DNA of 64,000 nucleotides from Candidatus Poribacteria bacterium (GCA_965214095.1 OZ243938.1:64001-128000); one strand, 5' to 3'; positions 51,391-62,700 are shown, numbered from the stretch's first letter. Made by a program: numbers and translations. The notes: generated by a model from the letters alone, not told the origin.

Positions 51391-51680
51391 ACAAATAACA
51401 TTAGCCGCACGTCCCGTTGGATATCCAAAAGAATCAGATTTTAAACTTGTTGAAACCCAATTCCAACCCCAGAAGATGGTTAAGTCTTGGTGAAAATCAT
51501 TTACCTTTCAGTGGATCCGTATATGCGTGGACGAATGAATCAGGCGCGGTCTTATGCTGCCAACGTTGAATTCAATGAAGTGATGGTTGGTGGTGTGGTC
51601 GCTCAGGTAGTAGAATCAAAACACACAGATTGTCAAGCAGGTGATATTGTCAACGCACATATCGGTTGGCAAGAATACGG
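51383..51680 (+). pseudogene. Truncated, frameshifted NADP-dependent oxidoreductase fragment
   Basis: About 96% identical to the first 299 bp of 52439-53449, with a 1-bp deletion, a CAA>TAA change and truncation at the repeat junction. Confidence 0.9.
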
Positions 51681-51711
51681 AACAATTCTATCATAATTAA
51701 AGGATGCCAAT

Positions 51712-52446
51712 ATGTCAAATAATAACTATAAATTGAGTTCAGAGGAAGCAGATCAGTTTCGGAATCAAGGGTATCTTGGTCCCTATACACTCTGCAGTCC
51801 GGAAGAAATGCGCAAACGACAACCAGAAATTGTAAAAATACTCGAAACAGATGCACCAGACCATAAGAATAGAGTCCATAACCGTCATCTTGATTATCCA
51901 TTAATTCACGACCTTGCTACACATCCATCCATCGTTGACCGTATGGCTTCACTCTATGGTCCTGATCTCTTGCTTTGGCGAACTAATTTTTTCGTCAAAG
52001 AACCAGGGGCAAAAGAAATTCCGTGGCATCAGGATTTCAACTATTGGCCCCTTGAACCCCCAATCATCATTTCCGCATGGATAGCGATTGATTCAGCCAC
52101 ATTAGAGAACAGTTGTCTACAGATTGTGCCGGGATCACATCGTAAAGTAATTCCACATGTAAAAGCAACATCAGATATGGCATTCGGACAGATGGGAGAT
52201 CTTGACTATGTTGACGCAAGCAATCATGTCAATCTTGAAATGCAACCGGGTGAATTTGTTCTCTTTAACGAACGGACACTTCACCACTCTGAAGCAAACC
52301 GTTCTGATAAGAGACGTATCGGACTGGCTGTTCGTGTGATCGTACCAATTGTAAAGGTATTTAATTGGGATTCACCCAATCATGAGTTGATAGAAATTAG
52401 TGGAACAGATAGAGTACAATTCAATAAAAGGAGTCAAAATGAATAA
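51712..52446 (+). CDS. PhyH-family dioxygenase (copy B)
   Basis: PWHQDFNYWPLEP and LHHSEAN motifs. Confidence 0.9.
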   Translation: MSNNNYKLSSEEADQFRNQGYLGPYTLCSPEEMRKRQPEIVKILETDAPDHKNRVHNRHLDYPLIHDLATHPSIVDRMASLYGPDLLLWRTNFFVKEPGAKEIPWHQDFNYWPLEPPIIISAWIAIDSATLENSCLQIVPGSHRKVIPHVKATSDMAFGQMGDLDYVDASNHVNLEMQPGEFVLFNERTLHHSEANRSDKRRIGLAVRVIVPIVKVFNWDSPNHELIEISGTDRVQFNKRSQNE

Positions 52447-53449
52447 ACAAATAACATTAGCCGCACGTCCCGTTGGATATCCAAAAGAATCAGATTTTAA
52501 ACTTGTTGAAACCTCAATTCCAACACCAGAAGATGGTCAAGTCTTGGTGAAAACCATTTACCTTTCAGTGGATCCATATATGCGTGGACGAATGAATCAG
52601 GCGCGGTCTTATGCTGCCAACGTTGAATTCAATGAAGTCATGGTTGGTGGTGTGGTCGCGCAGGTAGTGGAATCAAAACATACAGATTTTCAAGTAGGTG
52701 ATATTGTTAACGCACATATCGGTTGGCAAGAATACGGCATTTCTGGTGGAGATGGTTTGCGAAAGATTGATCCTTCAATCGCACCGATCTCAACGGGAAT
52801 TGGCATTCTCGGTATGCCAGGGTTGACAGCATATTTTGGGTTACTTGAAGTAGGTCAACTTCAAGATGGAGAAACTGTATTCGTCTCAGGTGCAGCGGGT
52901 GCTGTAGGTTCTGTCGTCGGACAGATTGCTAAAATAAAAGGGTGTCGTGTGATCGGGGCAGCAGGTTCAGACGAAAAGATTGCTTATATCACAAACGAAC
53001 TCGGTTTTGATGAAGCCTTCAACTATAAGAATGTCAATGATTATCCTGCAAAGTTAGCGGAACTATGTCCTGATGGAATAGATGTGTATTTTGATAATGT
53101 CGGTGGTAAAATTACAGACGCTGTTTTTCCAAACTTAAGGTTAAAAGGACGTGTTATTATCTGTGGACAGATTTCACAATACAACTTAGAAAGTCCGGAA
53201 ACAGGTCCGCGTTTTCTATGGTATATGATTACAAAACGAGCGCGTATTGAAGGTTTCCTTGTCTCCGATTTTTTTGACAAACAAACTGAGGCACTTGCTC
53301 AAATGGCTGAATGGCTGCAGCAAGGTAAATTAAAATATCGTGAAACAATTGCTGAAGGCGGCATAGAAAATGCTCCAGCTGCGTTTATCAGCATGCTCAA
53401 AGGTGGTAATATCGGAAAACAGCTGGTAAAGATTTCAGATCCAAGTTAA
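52439..53449 (+). CDS. NADP-dependent oxidoreductase (prostaglandin reductase/CurA-like MDR)
   Basis: LSVDPYMRGRM, GMPGLTAYFGL, SGAAGAVGS and YFDNVGG motifs. Confidence 0.92.
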   Translation: MNKQITLAARPVGYPKESDFKLVETSIPTPEDGQVLVKTIYLSVDPYMRGRMNQARSYAANVEFNEVMVGGVVAQVVESKHTDFQVGDIVNAHIGWQEYGISGGDGLRKIDPSIAPISTGIGILGMPGLTAYFGLLEVGQLQDGETVFVSGAAGAVGSVVGQIAKIKGCRVIGAAGSDEKIAYITNELGFDEAFNYKNVNDYPAKLAELCPDGIDVYFDNVGGKITDAVFPNLRLKGRVIICGQISQYNLESPETGPRFLWYMITKRARIEGFLVSDFFDKQTEALAQMAEWLQQGKLKYRETIAEGGIENAPAAFISMLKGGNIGKQLVKISDPS

Positions 53450-53462
53450 ACCACTATAAAAC

Positions 53463-54407
53463 CTAATATCCCTTCCGCTTGTCTATCACACTAAGCAGCG
53501 GTTTGCCAACAAGAAATCGTTCTAAGTTATCACAAAACAGTGATACAGTCCGATCCATCCGAATCGGTGAACCGCCCGCGACGTGGGGTGTAATAATTAC
53601 ATTGGGCATATCCCACAAAGGATTATCATCAGGAAGTGGTTCAACAGGTGTAACATCCAAACCGGCACCACCTATTTGTCCTTCATGCAATGCGCGAATA
53701 AGGGCTGGACCATCTACAATCTTACCACGAGTAACGTTAATCAGTAATGCGTGTGATTGCATTTTACCAAATGCATCATCGTTAAACATACATTCTGTTA
53801 CAGGTGTCAATGGTGCACAGATACAGACAATATCGGATTGTGATAACAAATCATCTAATCTATCCATTTTCCATACTTCATGAACAAATGTTGGTGCATC
53901 TACGGATTCTGGGTCAACAGCAATAACACGCATTTCAAAACCTTGTGCCCGGCGTGCAACTTCTATTCCCGTACCACCCAGACCAACAATACCCAGTGTC
54001 CGTTCTCCAAGTTCCCATGCAGCTAAACGGATTGACATCTTATTATCCCACGTCCGTTCACGTACTGATCGACCAATACCACGAAGTAGACCCAAAATCA
54101 ATGCCCACGCCTGATCGGCAAGATGTGTCCCAACATATCCCTTTGCACTTGTCAGAACGACATCGCTCTCAACGAATTCTGGAAACAGGATTCCGTCTAC
54201 GCCAGCTGCCCACACTTGCACCCACTTCAATTGCTTAGCTTTTTCAAAAAGTGTTCGATTGAATCCACCGAATACAATGTCAGTGTCAACGATTTCTTCT
54301 AACGCTTCAGTGGAATTCTTAGGGGTTACTATATTCAATGTATCAGAAATTGATTCTATCTGTTGTTTCTGTTCAGATGTGATCTCAGAGTTTATCATTA
54401 TTTTCAT
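53463..54407 (-). CDS. D-2-hydroxyacid dehydrogenase
   Basis: GIVGLGGTG, NVTRG, GLDVT.VEPLP and TPHVAG motifs. Confidence 0.9.
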   Translation of the reverse strand: MKIMINSEITSEQKQQIESISDTLNIVTPKNSTEALEEIVDTDIVFGGFNRTLFEKAKQLKWVQVWAAGVDGILFPEFVESDVVLTSAKGYVGTHLADQAWALILGLLRGIGRSVRERTWDNKMSIRLAAWELGERTLGIVGLGGTGIEVARRAQGFEMRVIAVDPESVDAPTFVHEVWKMDRLDDLLSQSDIVCICAPLTPVTECMFNDDAFGKMQSHALLINVTRGKIVDGPALIRALHEGQIGGAGLDVTPVEPLPDDNPLWDMPNVIITPHVAGGSPIRMDRTVSLFCDNLERFLVGKPLLSVIDKRKGY

Positions 54408-54480
54408 CTTGAAATCTTCTCCGATTCTTGTTATTCTAATTATATTACTATGACAACCGTTTTTCTAAGGAGGAAATAGT

Positions 54481-54972
54481 TTGGAAAATATAAAATTAAT
54501 TCATGTTCGTACAATGTTATTTGTGATATTTGCAATCAGTCTCTTAGTTTCTGCCGGATTAATTTCCGGTTGTGGTGACGAAGGTGATTCTCCTACTGAG
54601 ATGGTCACCGGAGAAGGTGATGAAGTCACAGAAACTGAGCCTGTAGATCCTGTTGTTGATCCTGAACCCGTTGATCCACCTCCAGCACCTGGCGTTTCCT
54701 ATAATGATGATATTAATCCAATCCTTGCTGAGAGTTGTGCAGTTGCTAATTGCCACGACAATGTTGCTTCTGGTGGTCTGGACCTTACTTCTTATGACAA
54801 CTTCAAGAAAGGTGGAAACAACGGACTTGCCTTTGTTGCAGGAGATGGTGAAGACAGTCTCGTTGTAAAACGTATTGATGGTGGAGGTATGCCTCCCCTT
54901 GGTCCACCACTAAATGCAGACCAAATCCAGCTCTTTGTAGATTGGATCAACGAAGGTGCAGAAAACAACTAA
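54481..54972 (+). CDS. Lipoprotein with Planctomycete-type cytochrome c domain
   Basis: Lipobox ISGC; INPIL..SCAVANCH...GGLDL...MPP...WI.EGA. Confidence 0.8.
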   Translation: MENIKLIHVRTMLFVIFAISLLVSAGLISGCGDEGDSPTEMVTGEGDEVTETEPVDPVVDPEPVDPPPAPGVSYNDDINPILAESCAVANCHDNVASGGLDLTSYDNFKKGGNNGLAFVAGDGEDSLVVKRIDGGGMPPLGPPLNADQIQLFVDWINEGAENN

Positions 54973-54997
54973 ATTCTTTAGTTTGAAATTCAATCTT

Positions 54998-55027
54998 GGG
55001 GCGAGTTTTATATCTTGCCCTATTTTT
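54998..55027 (+). terminator. Intrinsic terminator
   Basis: GGGCGAG...CTTGCCC followed by a T-rich run. Confidence 0.5.
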
Positions 55028-55220
55028 GTTACCCCCTCAATTAACAATACTACATTTTCTCAATCTAATGCATTATCATAACAACATTAGACATATAAGT
55101 CAATATTCCAGAGTCCCGTATAGTTCATATTCTTGACACTTTTATGAAATATTGATACATTTATATTACGTTTTAAATTCAATCTTTCAATCCAATCTAC
55201 TACTGTCATAGGAGTACCCC

Positions 55221-56492
55221 ATGAAAGTAACAGATATTGACCGCATCCTGGTTGATGTTCCATTCACACCGCGCCAACAAGAAATAACTACTACCAGTGT
55301 CTCAACAGTTTACAATTGGTCTCTCCTTGAATTGTGTAAAGTTACTACAGATACGGGACACATTGGGTGGGGTGAAACCGTTATCCACTACACATATAGC
55401 CGCGTAAGTGATGGCAGTGTGGCACGTGTGCTCGGACAAAATCCAGCAGAATATATGAACGATGACTCTCTCGGTGCTGGACTACAAATTGCACTCTTTG
55501 ATGTCGTCGGTAAAATCTTAGAAGTTCCTGTCCATAAACTCCTTGGCACAAAATGTCGTGCCGAAGTACCAATCTCTTGGTGGAGCATTGACTCATCACC
55601 AGAAAAGTGGGCAGCAGAGGCAGCAGATTCTGTCGCAAAAGGTTACACCAGTTTCAAGAATAAACCGCGTCCATGGTGGGATATTATTCAGCAGGTTGAG
55701 GCAGTCGCAGAAGTTGTGCCAAACGACTACAATTTGGATCTTGATCCAAATGCCTGCTTACGTGATGCAGAGACAGCAATTCCTTTGTTACAGAAACTCG
55801 CAGCACATCCAAATGTTGCAATTTTCGAATCACCCATTCCACAGAATGATGTTGAAGGGAACAAACAGATACGACAAGAAGTTGATTGTCCAATTGCGAT
55901 GCATTTTGGGTCTCCACCTTATACCACATGCATTAAGGAAGAGGTCTGCGATGGATTTGTGATCGGTGGTGGTAAATCCCGGACGATGTATGACGGATAT
56001 CTGAGTGCAGCTGCGGATATGCCTTTCTGGCTCCAAATTGTTGGCAATGGATTGACAACGACTTGGGCAGCACATCTCGGTTGTGTCCTAACACATGCTA
56101 CATGGCCAGCTATCACATGTCTAAATCTTTACAGTGATCATCTGATTACAGAACCCATAGAAGTATCAGAAGGATGTCATACTGTACCTGATACGCCAGG
56201 ATTAGGTGTTGTCGTGGACGAAGCAGCAATTGAAAAATACCGCGTCTCTGATGAAGATTTAGATGATGATGGATATACCATTCACCCACATCCTCGGATT
56301 ATAAAAACCGCCGTCTATCCTGACGGAAATTGCATCCACATGGTTGGTGACGGTTTGAGTTATTTCAATGCGGGGAATGGTGATGCTTATGTTGAAGGAG
56401 CAAAACTTGAACTGACCTTTGACGATGGCACAAAGGAGTGGTCAGATCTATATGAGAAAGCATTAGAGAAACCTGTACATGCCCAATGGTAG
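55221..56492 (+). CDS. Mandelate racemase/muconate lactonizing enzyme (enolase superfamily)
   Basis: GWGE, ALFDVVGK, FKNK, LDPN, FESP and PGLGV motifs. Confidence 0.85.
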   Translation: MKVTDIDRILVDVPFTPRQQEITTTSVSTVYNWSLLELCKVTTDTGHIGWGETVIHYTYSRVSDGSVARVLGQNPAEYMNDDSLGAGLQIALFDVVGKILEVPVHKLLGTKCRAEVPISWWSIDSSPEKWAAEAADSVAKGYTSFKNKPRPWWDIIQQVEAVAEVVPNDYNLDLDPNACLRDAETAIPLLQKLAAHPNVAIFESPIPQNDVEGNKQIRQEVDCPIAMHFGSPPYTTCIKEEVCDGFVIGGGKSRTMYDGYLSAAADMPFWLQIVGNGLTTTWAAHLGCVLTHATWPAITCLNLYSDHLITEPIEVSEGCHTVPDTPGLGVVVDEAAIEKYRVSDEDLDDDGYTIHPHPRIIKTAVYPDGNCIHMVGDGLSYFNAGNGDAYVEGAKLELTFDDGTKEWSDLYEKALEKPVHAQW

Positions 56493-56527
56493 GTTGAGAA
56501 AATTGTATGTGAATTAGATAAGTTGGA

Positions 56528-58447
56528 TTGATGTCCCATACACAACAGCGTGTTCTTACTTGGCGCGCAGTCCTCATTTTCGTTGTTATTGCTCCAGTCA
56601 ACTGCTATTTCCTTATCCAAATGGAATTGGTGCGATATACCTTTCCTACTTGGGTAGTTCCTTTTTCAAATGTCATCTTTGTTCTGATTGCAATTCTAAT
56701 ATTCAATCAATTGGTTCGTATCCTGAAAATCAATTATGCACTTGAACAAGGTGAACTATTATTTCTTTATGTATCACTGAGTTTTGCAACAACGCTTGCA
56801 GGATGTGATATACTACAGGCTGTCCTCTCTGTGCTTGGACACGGTTTCTGGTTTGCTTCAGAAGAAAATGAATGGCAAACACTTTTCTGGCATCATATAC
56901 CTCAATGGCTAACAGTCTCAGATAAAAAAGCATTACAAGGGTATTATCAAGGAGATTCTTCACTTTATATTTCTCATCATTTACGTGTGTGGTTACCAGT
57001 CGTTGGGGCATGGCTATTGCTATTTACAGTGATAGCCTTTATTTATCTCTGCTTGAACACAATCTTACGGCAGCAATGGACACAACGCGAGCGATTGACT
57101 TTTCCTGTGATCCAACTTCCACTTGCTTTAGCAGATCCGACTTCTGCTTTCTTTCGGAACAAACGGATGTGGATAGGATTCTCAATCGCTGCAGGAATCA
57201 GCCTATTCAACGGGTTGAGCCATCTATATCCTGTAATTCCACATATACCAGTAACAAGACGTTTTTTCCGATTCAGCGAACCACCCTTAAGCCTATACGG
57301 AACGATCATCACAGCCTTCTATCCATTTGCAATCGGTATTATGTTCCTCATGCCTTTGGATGTCCTGTTCTCCACAACCTTTTTCTATTTTATCTATCGA
57401 AATGAAGTTGCATTGGCTGATGCAGTGGGATGGAAAAGCATTCCGCGCTTCCCGTATCTCAACGAACAAACTATTGGTGCATTTATCGGTTTATGCTTTT
57501 TCTTCTGGTGGACAGGCAAAAGACATTTCAAGGCAGTGATACATAACGCACTCAGATTTGGACGAGATCCACCCGGTCAATCGTCTGATCAACCCATGCC
57601 ATATCGAGTAGCAGTTTGGGGATTTGTTGGAGGAATTCTGCTATTCGCTTTCTTACTATACAAAGCTGGCATGGCAGTATGGTTGGCTATTGCTTTCGCA
57701 GTGCTTTTTCTCATCACACCATTGGTAACAACGCGCATCCGTGCAGAATCTGGTATCTTTGTCCACGCCTATCACTGGCAAGCTCCACGATACATACTAA
57801 ACACATTTATCGGTACACACCGTCTCGGTGCAAAGAACTTAACAGCAATGTCGGTCTGCTTTTTCAACCGTGATTACCGTCCACAGATGATGCCACATCA
57901 ACTTGAAGCGTTTAAAATAGCTGAGGTAGCACACATTAACCCACGAAGAATGTTGTATACCATTCTAATAGCAACTGTTGTCGGTGGTCTTGTTGCATTT
58001 TGGGTGCAACTACATCTATACTATCAATTCGGTGCTGATTCTGGATATTACGGTCCGTGGGCACTCGGATATGGTCGGCAATACTTCAGCAGACTTACGA
58101 ATTGGATAACATATCCACTTGACACAGATTGGATTGGCGTAATCTTCATCGGGATTGGGTTTTCTGTCATGATGGTATTGACCTACCTACGTGTCAAATT
58201 TTTTTGGTTACCATTACACCCCCTCGGCTATGTAATGGCAAGTAACCAAGAGATGTCTGACCTATGGATCCCGTTAGTTATAGCGTTGACTCTCAAATGG
58301 TTGATCTTGCGACATGGAGGCATAAGGAGTTATAGAAGAGTCGTTCCATTCTTTCTTGGATTAGTTCTCGGTGATTTTCTTATGGGCACTACCTGGAGCA
58401 TTTTGAACGTTATACTAAACACAACGATGTATCAGTTTTATCCGTAA
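56528..58447 (+). CDS. Polytopic membrane protein (DUF6785/DUF6784, OPT-like putative transporter)
   Basis: QW...ERLTFP, RIRAESG, WLPLHPLGY and PFFLGLVLGDF motifs. Confidence 0.7.
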   Translation: MMSHTQQRVLTWRAVLIFVVIAPVNCYFLIQMELVRYTFPTWVVPFSNVIFVLIAILIFNQLVRILKINYALEQGELLFLYVSLSFATTLAGCDILQAVLSVLGHGFWFASEENEWQTLFWHHIPQWLTVSDKKALQGYYQGDSSLYISHHLRVWLPVVGAWLLLFTVIAFIYLCLNTILRQQWTQRERLTFPVIQLPLALADPTSAFFRNKRMWIGFSIAAGISLFNGLSHLYPVIPHIPVTRRFFRFSEPPLSLYGTIITAFYPFAIGIMFLMPLDVLFSTTFFYFIYRNEVALADAVGWKSIPRFPYLNEQTIGAFIGLCFFFWWTGKRHFKAVIHNALRFGRDPPGQSSDQPMPYRVAVWGFVGGILLFAFLLYKAGMAVWLAIAFAVLFLITPLVTTRIRAESGIFVHAYHWQAPRYILNTFIGTHRLGAKNLTAMSVCFFNRDYRPQMMPHQLEAFKIAEVAHINPRRMLYTILIATVVGGLVAFWVQLHLYYQFGADSGYYGPWALGYGRQYFSRLTNWITYPLDTDWIGVIFIGIGFSVMMVLTYLRVKFFWLPLHPLGYVMASNQEMSDLWIPLVIALTLKWLILRHGGIRSYRRVVPFFLGLVLGDFLMGTTWSILNVILNTTMYQFYP

Positions 58448-58503
58448 TGCATACTTAACAATTACCCTTAATCTCTAAATACAATGAAAACTTAGTTCAT
58501 CTT

Positions 58504-59118
58504 TTACTGCGCATCAACAAATTTTATAGTCGTGAGTTTTCCTTGATGAATTGTAAAGTCTTGTTCTATCCTCTTATCAGGCTTTTCACTCATACTTGTT
58601 CCAGATTCTCTTACCATGTAGCTAATAGAAATGATATCAGATGTTACAGGTAGTTTGTACGAAGCTACATTGTTTATCACTACTCTATCTCCAAGTAGAA
58701 ATTGCTTTTCTCCTCTAAGAGTTGTTTTATCAAATGCGGTTAGATAATAAAAAGTTCCAGATCCACCCCAATTATAAGAAACCACAGCAAATATATACCT
58801 ATTGCCTTCAACTACATGCTGTTTGAAGAAATTATACTGAAACTCATGTAACTCACCATTACCTATTGAGAACTCTCTTGTTCCACTATAGTCATCACCA
58901 ACCGTAAATTCTATCGGTTTTCCGTTTTCATCATTTTCACCAGGAGCAACCAAAGTCAGTTTTGGTAATACCTCCTCAAGTGGCGCATCCAATTTAATAA
59001 AATCTCCGCTTTGGGTTGGATTACACCCATAAATCACTATCAATGAAAGTAAAATTATTACAGGAATACTTATTTTTTTTACTGACTGATGATGGTTATT
59101 GTTAACTTTAAATAACAT
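58504..59118 (-). CDS. Hypothetical lipoprotein
   Basis: Lipobox IYGC; NWGGSGTFYYL motif. Confidence 0.6.
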   Translation of the reverse strand: MLFKVNNNHHQSVKKISIPVIILLSLIVIYGCNPTQSGDFIKLDAPLEEVLPKLTLVAPGENDENGKPIEFTVGDDYSGTREFSIGNGELHEFQYNFFKQHVVEGNRYIFAVVSYNWGGSGTFYYLTAFDKTTLRGEKQFLLGDRVVINNVASYKLPVTSDIISISYMVRESGTSMSEKPDKRIEQDFTIHQGKLTTIKFVDAQ

Positions 59119-59793
59119 TGATTTTTCCTCCGTTATATTGTATGTATCTATATCTATTTTGATATTTTAACCTAAGTTGCTACCTATAAATTGATTTTAT
59201 ATTCATAGGATTTTCTCTATGATGTTTGACATTATTTTTACAATGAGAAACCCATGGAATTAACTATTGTAGCAGTATATACGATTTGTGAGGATCTTTT
59301 AATCTCACGCAGACATCATTTTAAGAAAAACGCGCTTGTAGCACAAATCATTACGCCTCGGGCATTCTTTACTTAAGTCTAAATTCACAGTCTCATAATG
59401 AGATATTCTCTGTTAGAAATGGTATTATTTAACACCTATTGAATTTGAATAGGAACTTGTCTTAACTTTATGAAATTATGGTCTAAAAGATCGATGACAC
59501 TTCAGTTTGTAACCCTGATTTATAAGAAGTGATACCAAACTAAGCAGAAATCCTTTGTTCCTCCGTTTGATAAAGTAATTTGATGGTTAATATTCAGTAA
59601 GTAGCAACTTGGTCTTTTAGTAATATACATATTAAGACATCTTATTATGTAAAAATAAATATGATTGTCAAATATGGCTTAATATGTTATAATAATATGA
59701 AATTTAATCAATAACGTGACTATAAAAAAGAAAGAAAATAAAAAAATACTACATATTTGCTCAAATACACTTACTATTTATAGGAGATATCTC

Positions 59794-62700
59794 ATGTTAA
59801 TCAAAAACTATCTGGCTCACGAAAAGATGCAGCGACCCCTCAGAATCGCGCTAATTTCGTTTATCCTTTTTTGTGGTTCGGTTTCTCAAGGTATCACTTT
59901 TGATTTCAATTGGGAAATAAACGAGACACCTGAAGGCAGTGAAAGTGCAACTATCATTGAACCTGTCCAAGTAGTAATGTTAGATGAAGTCATACAAGTT
60001 CCATCACACAGCGCGTCTTTACGGTTGATGCAGAAGTATTCTGTATATCTTGGTTCTGAATGGGATGCTGGACATGCATACAGATTGCTAAAGACGTTTG
60101 AAACAATACCGCAGGATGTCAACTACTCTTACGATGGGAACCACGAAGTGCCTACTTCTTTGTGGCGGTTGACAGATACTCATGTTCAAGATGACATCAA
60201 GGTTGAATTAATAAATAGACAAACAATTGTAACGATAGCAGCGGAAACGTTTACGTATGCAGATCCGCTTTTAGCAGAAATTGATGGTGTGCGTGGCAGG
60301 TATTTCTCCAAACGGCTGCATCAGGCTGTCGTTCGGTTTGTAACCGATAACGGTGCTGATAAAGAGGCACTTGAACGGATATTACAGGAACGCTACGCTG
60401 TCAGCTTAAACGTACCGGACTATACCGAACTGACGAGTAACACAACAGGTGAAGATGCAGGAAGATTCACAACATTCAAAAACGAAGAACTTATCGCAAT
60501 TGCAACGATGTTTGAAGAATATCCACAAGGCATGCATAAAATAGCAGGACTTAAATATCTGGTTAGACGGTTAGATGGCACACCGCACCCCCTTTATCCG
60601 AGTGCACCTGCAGTCGCTTGGACGACGAGCGGTTATATTGAATTCATGGAATCCGCTTTTCAGGCACAAGGCTCGGATTATATCAATCGGTTGATCCTTC
60701 ACGAAAAAGCACATTTTTTGTGGGACCACCTTTTTGATGAGCAACTCAGACAGGATTGGATTGAACTCGGTGGTTGGTATGAAAATCCTGACAATGAAGA
60801 TGGATGGTCAACGACTAAGCAAACTGAGTTTGTGTCCGCTTATGCACACGCTAAGAACCCCAACGAAGATATGGCGGAGTCCATTAGTTTTTACATCGTG
60901 AATCCGGACAAACTCCGCTCGCGGTCACCCGGAAAATATCAATTCATCCAAGACAGGATTATGCACGGTACCCGATACATCTCAAAAATACGTGAAGATT
61001 TAACGTTTGAGGTCTACAATCTGTATCCAGATGCTGTATATCCAGGACGGATTATCAGGGTGGATATACAGGTGATTGGTGAACCGATGGAGGATAAAAC
61101 TATCATAGTAGAACTTGAACTTCATAAGACAGGTGAACATGACGATGCTCAAGCGTCTCAGCTCAGAATAATAAGTTCAACAGGCACCTTTTTTGATATC
61201 TGGCTTGATCCAATCGGCTCCGATGGTGTATCTCAGGTAGGTGCGTCTCATATTCTACGAGGTAAAAAGACGATCTCGCGCTTCGCAGCAGACGGTTATT
61301 GGGGACCGGACCAGATTACGCTCACAGATTCACAAGGCAATGAACGCCACCAATCACAAACTGATTTTGGATGGAAGCTCTTTGTTACCAATCCCTTGGC
61401 AGACGATGAACCGCCGATTTACGTCAAAAACTCAATGAAACTCTCTTTATCAGACGGTATGGAAGATGGGAGACGCTACCAAATTCTTACGGCTCGTTGG
61501 CAGATTCTAGAAGAAAATGAGGTGGCAGTAGTATATGCACATGCATACGATACAAACGATGAGACCTACTCTCGTAGGAATGAGAAACAGGGGACATATA
61601 ATAAGGAAACCGGTGAAGCGACTGTTGATCTCATAATTCCTGATTACTATCAGACGGGGAACTATGTGCTTAATTATATTAGTATGATAGATATAGGTTT
61701 AAACGAGAGGGGAGTCTACTTCACGAGAGCAGAGGGTACTCTAAGAGAGGAACAGGAGGTAATGGATGAGAAACCTACCACCATTGAGATCCAATCAATA
61801 AACCCTGATAGCACACCGCCAGTGCTTGATTTGAACCGGATTACAGTGACTGCAGTACCGACAAATCCTGAACAACCAAATGGGGAAACACAAGTAGATA
61901 TTACTTTTAGAGTCAAGGACAATATCAGTGGCTATTCATATTCAGGAATCTATTTGCGTGATCCGCACGGTGTGACGTACTCCTTTAGACATTATCATGA
62001 TGATTTTGAGAAAATCTATTTTTCAGACAACCCGACTGTCTATTCTACATACCACAAGACGATTATCTTACCTGTTGGCAGTATCCCTGGGACTTGGGGA
62101 ATTGCGGAAATGACTGTTACGGATAAGGCAAAAAATAAACTTCTCGCAGACTTTACTGAAATCGTCCGTTTTGAAGTTGATAGTGAACCTGAATATAGTC
62201 AGTACGATATCAACCAAGATGGGAGTGTTAACATTCTTGATCTGATACTGGTTGCAAAAGCATTCGTAGCGTATGACGAGAAAGCGGATGTTAACGCTGA
62301 TGGTGTCGTGAATATTCTTGACTTGACACTTATTGCTTCTGCATTTGGCACTACTTCTAATGCTGCGCCAGCATTATGGACTCTGAATGCTGACAACATA
62401 CCAACACGCGCCACAGTGGAAAAGTGGTTACAGGATGCACGGCAGGTTAACTTATCTGATCCGGCATTTCAACGCGGTATCTTTACACTGGAAAATCTGT
62501 TGAAGACGTTGACACCAAAGGAGACTGCACTCCTACCGAACTATCCGAACCCGTTCAATCCAGAGACGTGGATACCTTATCAGTTAGCTACTCCTGCTGA
62601 TGTTAGCATTGCTATCTATACGTCAGATGGTAAACTAATTCGACAGTTGGATTTGGGGCATCAGCCTGTTGGAATCTATCGTCACCGTAGTCGCGCTGCA

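Larger units (their letters stand above)
50621..52737 (+). repeat. Direct repeat of ~1056 bp (phyH + 5' part of oxidoreductase), two copies
   Basis: Units start at 50621 and 51677; ACGG microhomology at 50621, 51677 and 52734. Confidence 0.9.

Noticed and set aside
50656-52446. PhyH copies as SyrB2/BarB-type halogenases
   Set aside because: Both keep the carboxylate ligand (HQD); halogenases have HxA/G.
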